Assembly (NCBI GenBank): GCA_030324005.1
Contig: JARDVH010000121.1
Span: 55,904,101 to 55,968,100 of the forward strand
DNA length: 64,000 bases
Source of the DNA: Negaprion brevirostris
Lineage: Eukaryota
Direction: 5' to 3'
The notes beneath the pieces are model-generated. The model searched no databases and had not been told where the DNA came from. It worked only from the letters and a program-made list of their open reading frames with translations. Position 1 is the first letter of the stretch. Every line of letters begins with the position of its first letter. The position numbers were made by a program, and so were the translations under genes. Of this stretch, positions 1 to 13,309 are shown piece after piece.

Positions 1-995
1 ACTAAATGCATACTTTGGTTCTGTCTTCACAAAAAGGAAGACACAAATGTAGCAGAAATATGTAATGCACAGAATGAAGGAATTAAATTGATTTCTAAAT
101 TTTGGTGATGAGAATAGGTTGTGAAGAGAGCGTGAGGAGTCTGCAGATAGATAGCTATAGACAGGTTAAGCGGATGGAGTATAATGTGGAAAAATGTGAA
201 TTTTTTTGACAAGCGGAATAGGAAACAGCATGTTATTTAAATGGAGTGAGGTTGCAGAACTCGGTAGAACAGAAGGATTTGGGTGTCCTCGTACATGAGC
301 TGCAAAAGGTTGGTATACAGGGGCAGCAAATGATTATGAAGGCAAATGGAATATTGGCATTCATTGCAAGGGAATGGAATATAAAATAGCATAAGTTTTG
401 TTACAGTTGGTGAGACCACACCTTGCGTCCTGTTGTGCTTTTGATCTCTCTACTTAAGAAATGATATAGTTGCATTTGAAGCAGTTCAGAGAATGTTCAC
501 TCAACTAATGGGATGAAGGGTTAGACAGGTTGGGTCTATATCCATTGGAGTTTAGGAGAATGAGAGGAGATCTTATTGAAATATTTCTGATCCTGAAGGT
601 ACTTGTTTGGCTGAGGCTCTCCCATTTAAGATGGAGATGAAGAATATTTTCTGAGGGTCACAGCATGAAATTCTCTTGTGCAGAGAGAGANNNNNNNNNN
701 NNNNNNNNNNNNNNNNNNNNNNNNNNNNNNNNNNNNNNNNNNNNNNNNNNNNNNNNNNNNNNNNNNNNNNNNNNNNNNNNNNNNNNNNNNAATTCTCTTA
801 TGCAGAGAGCAGTGGGGGCAGGGTCAATGAATGTTTTGAAGACTGAGAAAGATCCTTGACTAACAAGGGAATCAAAGGGCATATGGGATAGACATTAAAG
901 TGGAGTTGAGACCACAATTGGAAGCAACTATGATCTTATCAAATAGCAGAGCAGGTGTGAGGGCTGAATGAGCTATTCCTCCTACTTTGTAAGTT
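1..995 (+). mobile_element. Decayed CR1/HER1-type LINE, RT C-terminus and 3' UTR
   Basis: Degenerate ORF2 motifs (YNVEKCE, DLGVLV, LVRPHL, VQRMFT, LYPLEFRRMRGDLIE) and a shark CR1 3' tail (tatgatcttatcaaatagcagagcagg...attcctcctact). Contains an N gap at 691-790. Confidence 0.85.
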
Positions 996-2194
996 TGCAT
1001 CTCTACTGATATGTGAATGACGCGTATGGCATTTGTATGTATATTCATGCAAGTGACAAGAATGGCATTATATGGACGCTAGAGAAATTTTGAGGGCTCA
1101 GAAGGTGTAATATACTGATGAATTAGTGAGTGCCGTTTTAAGGTTTAGGTATTGTACTTTACTAAACAAGAAAATTATGGAGGTATTTAACAGTGCTATG
1201 CTTGGCCTTATTGCATCTGATGCTGACACAAGATGCCTGAAGTGAAGTGTGTTTTGGTCCCTGCACAAAATCTAATGAGTTCAGAACAAAATGGGGGAAA
1301 AAGCAAAACAAAAATCCAACATTTTACATAAAATTCAATTCAGAAAATATTGTTCATGTGGCAGATTTTGTAGCTTTGCTTATATTTATGTTGAATTGTT
1401 TCCTCTGGTTTCACTGTAATGCTTCAGCTGCAATAAAGCTATTACCCAAGAAGCATTTTACAATACAGTGTTGCTAGATTCTGGGATTGTACGTGGCATA
1501 AAAAGCTTTTTAACTCTGAAACCATAATGACTGAGTCGCCAAAGTACTGAAGGATGTACTTATTCTCGTCAGGCTGAGTTCACTTAGAGTTTGGTTTGCT
1601 TTTTAAGTTAATGTAAAGCAGATTAACATCTTCTATTCTGTCAGCCAGAATGATGATGCATGAACTATTCAGGATAGTTGATTAAAATGAAATTATTTAA
1701 AAGCCATTAAATAGAATTGAGAATAAATTCTAGTACTTTTGCGTACAGTTCAGTCAAGACTTTTCTGATGCCTCCCTTTATATTGTGGATGGGCTACATG
1801 TAATGAAGCACTGATCAAGAGCCTGTGGCTGAGATGTACAAAGGTGATCATTGATCAACTTGCCCTTCAACTTTTCCTTCTTCTTCAGAAAGACTTTTTT
1901 TGTTTTGAATCTATGTGACTATCTTGTTTCTTCCATCATGTTCACTGGACTAAAATTGGAAACTAACTTATGCCTAGCTACATTTGGTACAAGGTTATAA
2001 TTCATATGCATGGTGACACTGGCTCTACAAAAGTGAACCACATCTATATACAGTATGTTGATCATACTTTGAACCAACTTTGGGCTCTCCATAGTTGATG
2101 ATCATATCAAGAGAAAACTTAAAATTGTTCAGTTTTAGAGTTGATATTTGGAGGTCCTGCATTTGTTTTATTCTTGACAGACAGAATGGAAATT

Positions 2195-2450
2195 TCCATT
2201 CATCTCCATAACTTCAGCCTACTCCATTTTACTGCTTGTATCTTAACTCACCCAAGTCTCATTCACCTTGTCTACATTGGCTCCCAATCAATCAATGTCT
2301 TGATTTTTAAAATTCCTCATGGCTTTGCATCCCCCTATCTATAGAAGCATTCCTTAACCTAATATATCCTTTATCAGTGGCACAGTTTGTTTATAATGCT
2401 TCGTGAACATTCTTGAAATGTTTTATGTTAAACATGCTGTATTTATACAT
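2195..2450 (+). mobile_element. Old L2 LINE 3' fragment
   Basis: ctacattggctccca...cttgatttttaaaattcctc...gcatccccctatct resembles the L2 C-terminal LHWLP..rIdFKI..lAPpYL motif. Confidence 0.55.
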
Positions 2451-3049
2451 ATCACTGAGGCATAGATTTTAAAAAAAATACATATTGGTCTTTTAGCACA
2501 TTCTTGTTGCTCTGTGAAATCATAGGAAGAAGATAGTTGTTTTCTTATTTCTAATATACAAAAAAATTCTATCTGTACCATCTTATTATCTGGCATAGCT
2601 GTGTCAGAATTATACTGCTTGTGTTGCCATGTTCATGTCCAACCAAAACCATAGAAAGTATTCTCTGTACACAAATTATTTACTCTTTGTAAATTTACTA
2701 CTTCTTAAAATGTTTGACAGAACTAGTTTTCATAGTTTGTGGCTAGTTCTTCAGTAATGCAGATTTTTCAATATTTATACTGAACATCATATCAGACTAC
2801 CAAACCCTGTGGTGATCTGAAAGTGGTGACGAGGACAATGAAAGATTCTGCTGGTGGCTGTGATGCTCACTTTCCACAGATTGGGGTAGAAGTAGAGCCT
2901 GTATCCACCTAGGACAACAGAGTAGACTTTTTAGTGTTGCTCACCCCTATCCAGGGAAGAAAAAAAAGGGAACACTAAACACAGCCTGCCCTCCCTGCAC
3001 CTGATTGGTCACCAATCATTGTAGCTGAAGCATAAGTAAACTCAAAGAA

Positions 3050-4880
3050 CAACGAACTACCAGATGACACTTGGCACGTGCAATGTCAAAATACTTCTAA
3101 ATAATAGTACAAGACCAGACCAGCCTTCATAGCCAGAACACTAAAAAATATACTAAATTGACAACCATTGTAAATGAAACAAAGTTTGCAGATGAATTTC
3201 ATCTTGAGCAAATAGATGCAAGCTACACATTGTATCGGATTGGCAAATCCAAGGATAGCTCGACAGTCAGGTGTGGGCTTTGCCATTCGTTGTGGATCGG
3301 CACGTAAGCTCAACTCACTTCCCAAGGCTATCAACGACAGATTCATGGTACTTCATATTACTTTTTAGAAATCGGTATGTGATACTCATAAGTGTCCATG
3401 CACCAACAATAGCACAAATCGATGAGGTCTATGTGCTACAATTGGCAGGATCATCAGAGTACCACTGAACTCCTATCTTTGTGACTTCTATTCTCATGTT
3501 GGTACAGTCTTTAATTTGTGGAGGGGAGTACTAGGACACAACAACATTGGTCATGATAAACTTCAGCAGCTAACTTTTTCTGTGTGCACAGCAAGTGTGA
3601 TCTTCTCAACACAAATGCAATCATTCAACAAGCATACAAACTGAAAACAACATGGACGCAGACTAGATTTAAACATTGGCACATGTAGGACCGCGTTATT
3701 GTACAACAGAGACTTAGTGGGTATGCATTTTATCTGCTGCTTTGGAGGTTCTAAATGTTGGTCAGAACATCAGCTTGAGAGGAGCATCGTGTCCTTGGAA
3801 GATAACACCTAAAGCACTGTGAGACATAGTTTAACCACAAAAGAAGCTTGATGTAACTAGCCTAAAAGATTTTGTCAAGAAACATGAATTAAGACCAAAA
3901 TTAGCTGTAGACCTTGCTAGTGTCCCAGAAGATAACAGACATTAAAGATTCCTAAAAGAAATTGTGATGTCATTTCTGGTCGCAGCATCTGAACCCTTGA
4001 ATTCATCAAACATGAGCACCAAGATTAGTTTGATAAGAATAACCAAGATCAAGCCAAATTATGAAGTGCACAATGCTGACAAATCCTGCATATTAAATTA
4101 AAAAAAATCACGAGCAATAAATGCCAGATACCATCATGTAGAATAGCAAACTGAGAGGAAGGATCAACAATGGGAGATCAAGGCTGCAGAGTTTCAGGAA
4201 GCTGCTAATAAGGGCCACTTTATAAGATCTCTGATCTGTCTATGGCCACAAAGCCACAGTAAAATGCCTATACATTCACCAGACAGCAATCAGTTCCTAA
4301 CAAACAGGCATGAGGTTCTCACTAGGCACCACTTTAATTTTTCTCCTGAACTAAGAATCCACAATGAGTGACAAGGCCATTGAATCACTTCCTTGGCATC
4401 ACATTCTGTCAAGCTTGCCCTCAAGCCAAAGTCAGCAAGGTAATGAAGCAACTCTGTGTGTAAGTCTCTGGAAGACAATGGCATTCCAAGTGAAGTATTC
4501 CAAGTACAGTGCTGCTCGCATGCTTAACTCACTGACTCCTTATGTTTGAATTGGAACCATGGCATTGTGTTCCAAGATTGAAAATATGCTTTCATAACTT
4601 ACCTGTGCAAACGGTAAGGAAGCAAGTCCATCATCATGTTTCTGTTTTCTCCACGAATGGGAAAATTTTTTTGGAACACATATTTCAACCAGGATTGTTA
4701 CTATCCTTGCAGTGGTCTTTGAATATTCCATCGCAATCGACAGGTCAATTCTGGAGTCACAAAGTTGATGATCATTGGCTGTGAAACCCTTGCCAAAACG
4801 CCAAAAATGTGTGGAAGTCTGGCTTCTTGTGATGAGCGAATCAGCTCATTGCCAAATTCCAAGCGCCAAAACCTGGAATA
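3050..4880 (+). mobile_element. Decayed RTE-clade LINE (APE endonuclease, partial RT, internally deleted)
   Basis: Translated remnants MTLGTCNVKIL, RQSGVGFAIR (3261-3290), LNSLPKAINDRFM, ILISVHAPT and DGIPSEVF, then a jump to a C-terminal-like ETLAK segment. Many stops and frameshifts. The 5' UTR may extend to about 2800. Confidence 0.8.
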
Positions 4881-4896
4881 AGCTGGGTGAAGACAA

Positions 4897-6710
4897 ATGA
4901 TGAGCAAGGAGCCAAGGACCTTCAAGAGGACAAAACCCTACCATTTTTGCCAGGAATGGGAAAGCGAATTTCTCTTTATGAACGTCCAAGGCAAGACCAT
5001 TTATCTCATTTGTCAGAGTGTAGCCTAGAGTAAAAGAGGTAATTTGCAACAGCATCACAAGACAATGCATGCAAAATTTGAAGAACATGTCCCCTGAAAC
5101 AGAACCATTCGAAGAAAGTTGGGGAGTTAAAGGGAATGTTGCAAAGCTCAACGGTCACTCGTCAAAACCCTGTGACTAAAGGCAAGACCAGCAAAAAAGT
5201 GTTTTTTCGCGTACACCATCTGATGGCAAAGCGTAAGAAACTGTCCACTAATGGTGAAGTTATCAAGGAGACTATGATGGTTGCTGCCAACATATTGTTC
5301 AAAGACTTTAGAAACAAAGATGAAATTTATGACAATCATCAAAAGCATGCTACTTGGTGCTTTAACAGTAGGTAGAAGAGTGGAACTGTCAGAGAATCTG
5401 TCTCAACAAATAGACTTATCAGACTGTGAATGTTTCTTATTACAGTTTGAGTCATTGGACATATTGGATATGGCCAGCTGTTTGTTTTTCTCTGCATAGT
5501 ATTCAAAGATGCAACAAAAAAGGACTTCCTCGCTCTTTTACCACATGGGAGAATAAGAGGCAGGGATATCCACAACGAATTTAAAAGGTATGTGATTGAG
5601 AAAAACATTCCAGTCAAGAAACTGGTTTTCAATTCACAACTGATGCTGGGTGTCAACATGCAGGCTTTGTTGCACTTTGCAAAAATGATCTTGAATTTCC
5701 CTCCTTTTGTCAGTTACCACAGTTATCTACCAACAAGAGCAAGTGAGCAAGGTTATTGACTTTCCTTGAGTAATGACAGTCAAAGTCAAGATCATCAACT
5801 AAATTCATGCCAGAGCTCTGGAGCATCGCTTGTTCAAATTGTGACTTGAGCTTGATGGCACCTACAAAGAGCTAATCCTTCATGCAGATATGAGGTGGTT
5901 AAGTCGAGAAGTCCTGCAGAGGTTTTTTAGATATGCTCCCTGAAATTGTCACCTTTGTCAAATCAAGAAATGTGGCGTACTGCAAGTTGTTAGATAATGT
6001 GTGGTTGCTAGACTTGGCATTTCTTATGGATATAAGTAAAAAATTGAATGAGTTGAACCATGAACTGCAGGTGGGGGACAGAGATATGATCAGTGCACTA
6101 AATGTGTTCAAGGTGAAACTGGCCCAGTTACCCAGATCTGGAGAAAATCCAACAACAGGTCAAACAGAAAGTGTTCCATGCAGACAAATGGAAAAGGAAT
6201 TCGGCAGACAATTTCAGGCGTTATACAAGATGGGACACATCATTGTTTGTCTCAAATCCTTTTCAGATGGACATTGGAAATCTGACAGGAAAATTTCAGA
6301 TGTTTGGAAAAAGCTGTGGACTTGATATGGAAATACTCAACATGCAAAATGACTAAAAGGTAGGTTAAGGGACTAAGACTTTTGGGGGCATGCACATTGT
6401 GTGCACTCAAGGTGAAGGCCTACCGTGGTTCCACATACTTTTTGCAAGATGGCTTTTTCCTGGATAAAAATCATCAAGTCGAAGTATAGCACTCGTCCCA
6501 CAGATGAACTGTGTGAGGCTGGCCATCTCAAAATACAACCCAGACTTCACAGCACTCAGCGTGCAAGTGCATGTGTCACACTAAGGATAGGTGAGTGTGC
6601 ACTGCGCAAGTACATTTTGGTTTTAAGGAAGTTGCATGTTTAAGAGTAGATCTCTGGCTGCATTTTGATCCTAAAAGTGATCTGGTGCTCAAAAAGATTG
6701 AAGACCGCTG
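4897..6710 (+). mobile_element. hAT DNA transposon fossil (SPIN/GTF2IRD2/EPM2AIP1-like transposase pseudogene) with right TIR
   Basis: Remnants EWESEFLFMNVQGKTIYLICQSVA*SKRGNLQQHHKTMH, GEVIKETM, LILHADMRWLSREVLQRF and WLLDLAFLMDISKKLNELNHELQ (ORF 5933-6325). Ends in the hAT-like terminus aaaaagattgaagaccgctg (6691-6710). No left TIR found. Confidence 0.88.
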
Positions 6711-7004
6711 CCTTACAGACGTGGTGTACCTGGAATTGGTGTGGCTTTTGTGCTGGATGAGAAATGTTCTATTTTTATAGCACCCACATTACATGTCTCA
6801 AAACTTTTCACACAGAGTTGCTTTGCAGTGACTTTTGTTGTCTTAAGTAAATTTGGCAGCCCTTGCATCAGCAACATTACTGAACTTGATGACCCAACTC
6901 ATTTGGTTTGTAATGCTGTTGTTGAAAATAGTGTGCTGGCTAGGGATACAACTATGATTCTTAACCTGGAGGAATAGGTAGACTCTTAAATTTATAAGAA
7001 ATAA

Positions 7005-7270
7005 TTTATTGGGATGTGTGTTGCTGGTATAAAGCAGGTATTTCAGTTGAGCTGTGTTTGATACAGTTGACTGACTTGTGAGATTACTTTTGAAGGTTAG
7101 TTGAGAGTCAGCCACACTGGTGTGAGACTGATCAGTTAGACTGGGTAAGGACAACAGATTTTTTCCTTTTGAAGGACTTTAGTGACCCATTTGGGATTTG
7201 AAAGCAACTCAATACCTTTATGGACATGTACTACTGATAGCTTTTTACTTCTTGATAAGTGGCTGAATTT
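7005..7270 (-). mobile_element. Old copy of tRNA-derived SINE family C (same family as 15425-15750)
   Basis: ttgagagtcagccacactg...agactgggtaaggacaacagatttttt...aaggactttagtgacc is the reverse complement of the core seen at 15560-15660. Confidence 0.6.
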
Positions 7271-7567
7271 CCATGATGAAGAGCAAGTGGTAATGACCAG
7301 TAAATTGAAATAAGTTAGTGGCAAAGGGTATTGGAAGTGTTACAGATGTAGATGAGAAGAGACTAGACAAGGAGAGAAAAAATAGATTCAAGATTGGAAG
7401 AAATCAGTTCAATAGGGCAAGTGAATTGATGGGTCAAATAGAGCAGATCTCTTCTCAATCCAAGAAAGAAGGTAGAAATGTGTTGTGGTTTAGGAGATTG
7501 AAAGCTGTGGGAGGAAGATCAGCAGGAAAAGTCAGTAACCATCCTGGAGATAATGGCTGGACCGTTG

Positions 7568-7736
7568 AATCGTAGAATCCCTACAGTGCAGAAGGAGGCC
7601 TTCGGCTGATTGAGTTTGCACGACGCCAATCCCTCCTAGGCCCTATTCCTGTAATTCCACATATGTATGCTGCTAATCCCCTGATACTATGTGTCAATTT
7701 AGCATGGCCAATCAACCTAACCCGCACATGTTTGGA
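7568..7736 (-). mobile_element. HE1-type SINE, 3' half
   Basis: gtagaatccctacagtgcagaaggaggcc...tttagcatggccaatcaacctaacccgcacat, the same structure as the copy at 60666-61000. Confidence 0.85.
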
Positions 7737-7918
7737 TGGTGAGGTAACAATCCAGGAATGTCAGAGGAAGTTTTGTAGAGTTGACATTTGGTCTCTGCTG
7801 ATACAGACTTATTTGCTAGACGATCACAGCAACATCCTTGTCAGCAGGTTAGATGACAATGTTAGGTTTGGCCCTGAGAGAATGGAGTCTATCACATTAC
7901 GAGGCAGACAGGTTAGAG

Positions 7919-8030
7919 CAGTGGTGGGCAACCTGCTGCCCAGGCACCACATGTGGCATCAAGGCAGCCTACGAGACATTTCGTTGGCTGCTGCCTACTC
8001 AGAGTTACCACATTCTGCTGGTTTCCATCT
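7919..8030 (+). mobile_element. Possible hAT/Charlie-type MITE left end
   Basis: cagtggtgggcaacctgctgccc...cacatgtggc resembles hAT TIR starts (CAGnGGTnGGCAAmC). No matching right end seen. Confidence 0.4.
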
Positions 8031-8099
8031 GTATAGTTTTCTTCCAGCTGGTATGACTGAGGTGATGTGCTCAAAAAACAAAGGCATGTGAGGTGCAAC

Positions 8100-9325
8100 A
8101 TAAAAACACAAAATGCTGGATAAACTCAGGAAGCCTGGCAGATGGAGTATAATAGCAAATGTGAGGTTATCCACTTTGGTAGAAATAATAGTAGGAAGGA
8201 ATATTATTTAAAGGGTGAAAAGCTGCAGCNNNNNNNNNNNNNNNNNNNNNNNNNNNNNNNNNNNNNNNNNNNNNNNNNNNNNNNNNNNNNNNNNNNNNNN
8301 NNNNNNNNNNNNNNNNNNNNNNNNNNNNNNNNNNNNNNNNNNNNNNNNNNNNNNNNNNNNNNNNNNNNNNNNNNNNNNNNNNNNNNNNNNNNNNNNNNNN
8401 NNNNNNNNNNNNNNNNNNNNNNNNNNNNNNNNNNNNNNNNNNNNNNNNNNNNNNNNNNNNNNNNNNNNNNNNNNNNNNNNNNNNNNNNNNNNNNNNNNNN
8501 NNNNNNNNNNNNNNNNNNNNNNNNNNNNNNNNNNNNNNNNNNNNNNNNNNNNNNNNNNNNNNNNNNNNNNNNNNNNNNNNNNNNNNNNNNNNNNNNNNNN
8601 NNNNNNNNNNNNNNNNNNNNNNNNNNNNNNNNNNNNNNNNNNNNNNNNNNNNNNNNNNNNNNNNNNNNNNNNNNNNNNNNNNNNNNNNNNNNNNNNNNNN
8701 NNNNNNNNNNNNNNNNNNNNNNNNNNNNNNNNNNNNNNNNNNNNNNNNNNNNNNNNNNNNNNNNNNNNNNNNNNNNNNNNNNNNNNNNNNNNNNNNNNNN
8801 NNNNNNNNNNNNNNNNNNNNNNNNNNNNNNNNNNNNNNNNNNNNNNNNNNNNNNNNNNNNNNNNNNNNNNNNNNNNNNNNNNNNNNNNNNNNNNNNNNNN
8901 NNNNNNNNNNNNNNNNNNNNNNNNNNNNNNNNNNNNNNNNNNNNNNNNNNNNNNNNNNNNNNNNNNNNNNNNNNNNNNNNNNNNNNNNNNNNNNNNNNNN
9001 NNNNNNNNNNNNNNNNNNNNNNNNNNNNNNNNNNNNNNNNNNNNNNNNNNNNNNNNNNNNNNNNNNNNNNNNNNNNNNNNNNNNNNNNNNNNNNNNNNNN
9101 NNNNNNNNNNNNNNNNNNNNNNNNNNNNNNNNNNNNNNNNNNNNNNNNNNNNNNNNNNNNNNNNNNNNNNNNNNNNNNNNNNNNNNNNNNCTTCAGATCA
9201 GTCATGATCTTATTGAATAGTGGGGCAGGCTTGAAGGGCTAGATGGCCTACTCCTGCTCCTATTTCTTATGGTCTTAATTTAGGAGAGAAACAGAGTTTT
9301 GGGTCTTGGTGACTCTCCTGCAGAA
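8100..9325 (+). repeat. PLE-derived terminal repeat split by a CR1 insertion (pieces 8100-8140 and 9282-9325)
   Basis: aaaacacaaaatgctggataaactcaggaagcctggca resumes after the LINE as ggagagaaacagagtttt...gactctcctgcagaa. Same family as 14021 and 26885. Confidence 0.65.
8138..9276 (+). mobile_element. CR1/HER1 LINE 3' part, mostly an N gap (8230-9190)
   Basis: MEYNSKCEVIHFGRNNSRKEYYLKGEKLQ before the gap, and the tail atgatcttattgaatagtggggcaggcttgaagggctagatggcctactcctgctcctatttcttatg after it. Confidence 0.9.
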
Positions 9326-9679
9326 GTATGCTGATTGCACACAATATTAACTGAGAGCCATGTGCTCCCTCTGCACCCAATCAAGCATATTTATTTTGTT
9401 TCTACCACTTGAAGATGATAATTCTACTGAAATATGAATGATGAAGCATTTTCTGTAACGTAGGAAATATTTTGCGTACATTAAACATATTTAATCTTAT
9501 TCAAGGGTCATAGTAAATGAACATTCTAATCTTGCTGCCCACTAAGCTGACACTCACTAACCTAGTATGCCCACCTCTGGGTTAGAATGAATGACTGGAG
9601 CAAAAAAATTGAGATGGCTGACCTCACCCAGAGTTCTCATTGAAAAGATTGAGATGTGGCTCAGGTGGAGGGTAAATAT

Positions 9680-10340
9680 TGGAGGATCTAACCATCACTT
9701 CTTGATGTTTAATCACCTTACCAATGCCAAAACACCCCACATAACATCCTGGGGTTACCAGAGACCAGATATTTAAGTGGTCTAGCCATGTAAATGCCAT
9801 GGCTACGAGATCCATATGATTGGGAATTCCATGGTGTGTAACTCATCTCCTCGTAATTCCTTAAAGTTTGTGCATTACTTACAAGGTGCAAGCCTAATGG
9901 AATACTCCACCACTGTAGCTCCAGCAATACTTGACACCATCTTGGACAATTGATTGATATCCCAAGCATCATGTTAAACATTCATATCCTGCACCACTGG
10001 ACAATGGCAGCAATGTGTACCATCTGCGAGAGACTGTGCAGCAACTAGCCAAGCCTCCTTTGGCATTATCTTCCAAACCCACGGCATCTACCACCTAGAA
10101 GGACAAGGGTAGCAGACACGTGGGAACACCACCATTTGCAAGATCCACTCCTGAGCCATATACAATGCTGAATTGGAAGCACACCACTGTTCCTTCACTG
10201 CTGGATCAAAATCCTGATATGTGGGTGCACCTACACCGTATAGACTATGGTGATTCAAGAACTCTGCTCACCTCCTTGTAGCAGTTAGGGATGGGCAACA
10301 AATGCTGGTCTTGCCAGCTCTCATCTCACGAAAGAAAAAC
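9680..10340 (+). mobile_element. CR1-type LINE family B, 3' end
   Basis: NILGVT, YKvQ..MEYS-like motifs and the 3' tail ttagggatgggcaacaaatgctggtcttgccagc, shared with 41975-42395 (-) and with SINE family C. Confidence 0.75.
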
Positions 10341-10354
10341 AAAACAACCTGCCA

Positions 10355-10555
10355 TGAAATTTGAATTCCTGTTCCTTGAGTATAATGTTCTCCATGGCCT
10401 AGCCTTATCTGCAATCTGTTCCACCCAATAACTTTGATTAATGCTTTTACTATTGACTGCTGCCATCCATATTTCCATCTCTTGTGTTTTTTGCTTCATT
10501 ATTGGTAGCAGAATCTTCAGCCATCTTGATGCTCCCACTCTGGATCTCACACTTA
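10355..10555 (+). mobile_element. Old L2 3' fragment
   Basis: ctccatggcctagccttatct...attggtagcagaatcttcagc...cccactctgg resembles L2 HGLAP..YL / GgRaFS..aP.LW. Confidence 0.5.
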
Positions 10556-10559
10556 AATT

Positions 10560-11095
10560 TCTAAAAAGATTTACCAGGCTGATTCCTGGGATGGCAGATC
10601 TGTCATACGAGGAAGGACTAAGCCAGTTAGGATTATATTCACTGGAGTTTAGAAGACTGAGAGGATCTCATACAAACTTATAAAATTCTGACAGTTTATT
10701 CAGGGTAGATTCAGAATATTTCCAATGGTGGAGGAGTCCCAAACAAGGGGTCTTAGGCTCTATGATGAGGGGTAAGTCTTTTAAAACTGGGGTGAGGAGA
10801 AATTTCTTCATGCAGAGGGTGGTGAATGTGTGCAATTCACTACCACAAAGTANNNNNNNNNNNNNNNNNNNNNNNNNNNNNNNNNNNNNNNNNNNNNNNN
10901 NNNNNNNNNNNNNNNNNNNNNNNNNNNNNNNNNNNNNNNNNNNNNNNNNNNNAGTAGCTGAGTCCAAAACGTTGTCGGATTTCAAAAAATTAGATATAGC
11001 TCTTGGGGCTAAAATCACAATAATGAACGTGATGATCAGAATGAATGGCGAAGCGGGCTTGAAGGACGGAAGAGCCTATTCCTCCTTGTTTCTAT
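10560..11095 (+). mobile_element. CR1/HER1 LINE 3' end
   Basis: KRFTRLIPGMADLSYEEGLSQLGLYSLEFRRLRG and FKTGVRRNFFMQRVVNVCNSLP, followed by a CR1 tail. Gap at 10853-10952. Confidence 0.9.
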
Positions 11096-11109
11096 GCAAG
11101 CCTGCTTCT

Positions 11110-11275
11110 GTCAACCTGGCCAGTATTTAGATGAAAGATTATTTGGTCATGATAATGTTGGTGTTTCTTGAAGCTTATTGTATACAAATTGACTGCTACT
11201 TATCTTGTATTACAATAGTGGCTACAATTCAAAAGTTCTGCTTGATTGTAAAGTGCTTTGAGATGAGCTGAAGTT
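11110..11275 (+). mobile_element. SacSINE1/DeuSINE-like 3' part
   Basis: agattatttggtcat...aaattgactgc...tattacaatagtggctacaattcaaaagt...gtaaagtgctttgagat, matching the 3' part of the copy at 48400. Confidence 0.7.
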
Positions 11276-13309
11276 GACTTTTAAAGACCATTGCAAAGTT
11301 TTTCTTCAGTCTTATCACTCTTAATTCTGCTTCTCTTCCTGATTTGCAGTCTATTTAATCTCATCTATTCATTAAGCCATCCTTTACATTTTAAAGTTCC
11401 ATATAAAAACACTGTCTGTTTCTGGTAAAGATAAGGGGTTTTGTGTATATAAACCATATTAACTGCACTAGGCCCCACAGCACATACTTCACAAATTCTT
11501 GAGTATAGCTTAAGTCCCAGGGGGCTTCTTGAACTATGCTGAAGTGCTAACTTAAGTTTGATTTTAAAAAAACACAAGTGCTTTGAATGTGCCGGAATGA
11601 ATATAGAATTGTTTAGCAATAATCTGCTATTCACATATATTACCATTTTGTTTGTCTTGTCCATGATTTATAAAAGGGTAAGTCAGCTTGTAACAAAAGC
11701 TGAAAAGCACTTGCTAATCTGTTACCAGCGGGAATTGTCAATGATCATTGTGTTGTCTCATTAACAGATGGAGCAAAAAGCTTTAGCCGAAGTCCTAGAG
11801 ATCGGATGGTAAAAAGACCTGAAAATTTGTCGGTTTATCAAGACTGGACTGTAATTTGACTAATGAATTCAGTATGTGTGTACCCAATTTCTTCTGGGCC
11901 ACACATTATCTTATGCATTCTAAATTTGTGGTGAAGCCCACTAAAAGAATAGCTGGCCCTGTTAGTTGAGATGTACATTTTTAAAAAATTGGAATATTAG
12001 TTCATAGAGTCAAATCCATAACAAACTACATTTTTGAAGCTTTTTGTAGGATTTTTCAGGAATCATGAATGGCAGACCAAATGGAGGTTTGCAAATGCCT
12101 GCAGCCAGTATAAGGGTCAGTGGCAGTATTATGAATGTATTGTTCTTTTACACTGTTAGAATGTGGGATTTAGTTCTTTCATGTTCTAATTGCTTTGCTC
12201 AGCATTGAGCAGTTGAGCAGAGAGGGTGAGGTAGGTTCCTTGAAAAGGAATAAATTATATTTCTGTTTTTAATAAGTCAGTTTGACATATTTACCCTTTT
12301 TATGATTATGCATTTACATTTTCAAAACTGGATGTGTTCTTGAAGCTCCTGTGAGCTGAAAGAGCAATATCTTTCCTGAGATCTATGAACTCTATTGTAA
12401 TCATTTTAAAATGGCTTCTGTTCTGCATAGTACTTGGATTGGGTGTAAACTAATCTCACGCCACTTTCAAATGTATTTTTGTTGATTAACAATTATGTTG
12501 TCAGCATTTAAGTGTTGGACCAAGTAAATGTCTTAATTGACTTAATACTCCTAGATTCAACTTGTAAGTAAGTTATTTTTTAATCTAATTTCGAAATTGT
12601 GTTTTTAACCCAAAGGTAGCCCAGTAAACATTTGTTGGATGAACTGTTTTTTTAAATACGTTTAAATTTAGGGAATTCTGGTGATTTGTTTTCTTTCCAT
12701 GCTTCTCCATCCTTTGTCTGCATTAAAACAAGCTTTTTTTGCCACAGCTAACAAGTATTAGAAATAAATGCATTAATAATCATTCAACACTTGAATTGTG
12801 CAGTATTGTTTAAATTACACTTGGCTGGTGCTTTTGGAGCATAAAGAGATGCTGCTTAAGAGCACATCCTGTCAGTTTCAAAAATTGTGTCTTTCTCTAA
12901 TAGCTATTCCTTCAGTTTCAAATTGGCCTCAAATGACCTGATGACTTTCTACTTATCCAAAACAAATGGTCACTTGCAGAGCACTAGTTATACATTTGGC
13001 CTAGCATAAGCCAGTACCTTGAGAAGTGCAAGATAGGAAATTGGAAGGGTGGGGGTGGGGGGGGGGGGGGGGGCCGGGTNNNNNNNNNNNNNNNNNNNNN
13101 NNNNNNNNNNNNNNNNCCCCCCTCAACTGACACAGTTCTGAACACAAAAGCTTTAATTTGACTCTTGATATAGCAGAAATTGCTACTTGTCGATAGTAGG
13201 TGTCTTAGGGTAAAAAAACAATAGCTGAATTTGTTGTGATTGTATTGTTCTCCCTGGTTACCTGCTACATGGGTTCTTTACAGGCAGACTGTAGCTGATG
13301 AAATGTAGT

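Noticed and set aside
5933-6325. 130 aa ORF as a domesticated GTF2IRD2/EPM2AIP1-like gene
   Set aside because: The surrounding transposase has many stops and frameshifts and a TIR remains, so it is a fossil transposon.
8142-9242. Long ORFs (330-366 aa), and similar ones at 35026-36047 and 25481-25891
   Set aside because: They are open only because they run through N gaps. The flanking residues are LINE or PLE remnants.
11769-11809. Possible exon after ttgtgttgtctcattaacag (MEQKALAEVLEIG), and similar candidates at 23284-23342 and 58708-58777
   Set aside because: Donors are weak or moderate, there is no recognisable protein homology, and such matches are expected by chance at this scale.
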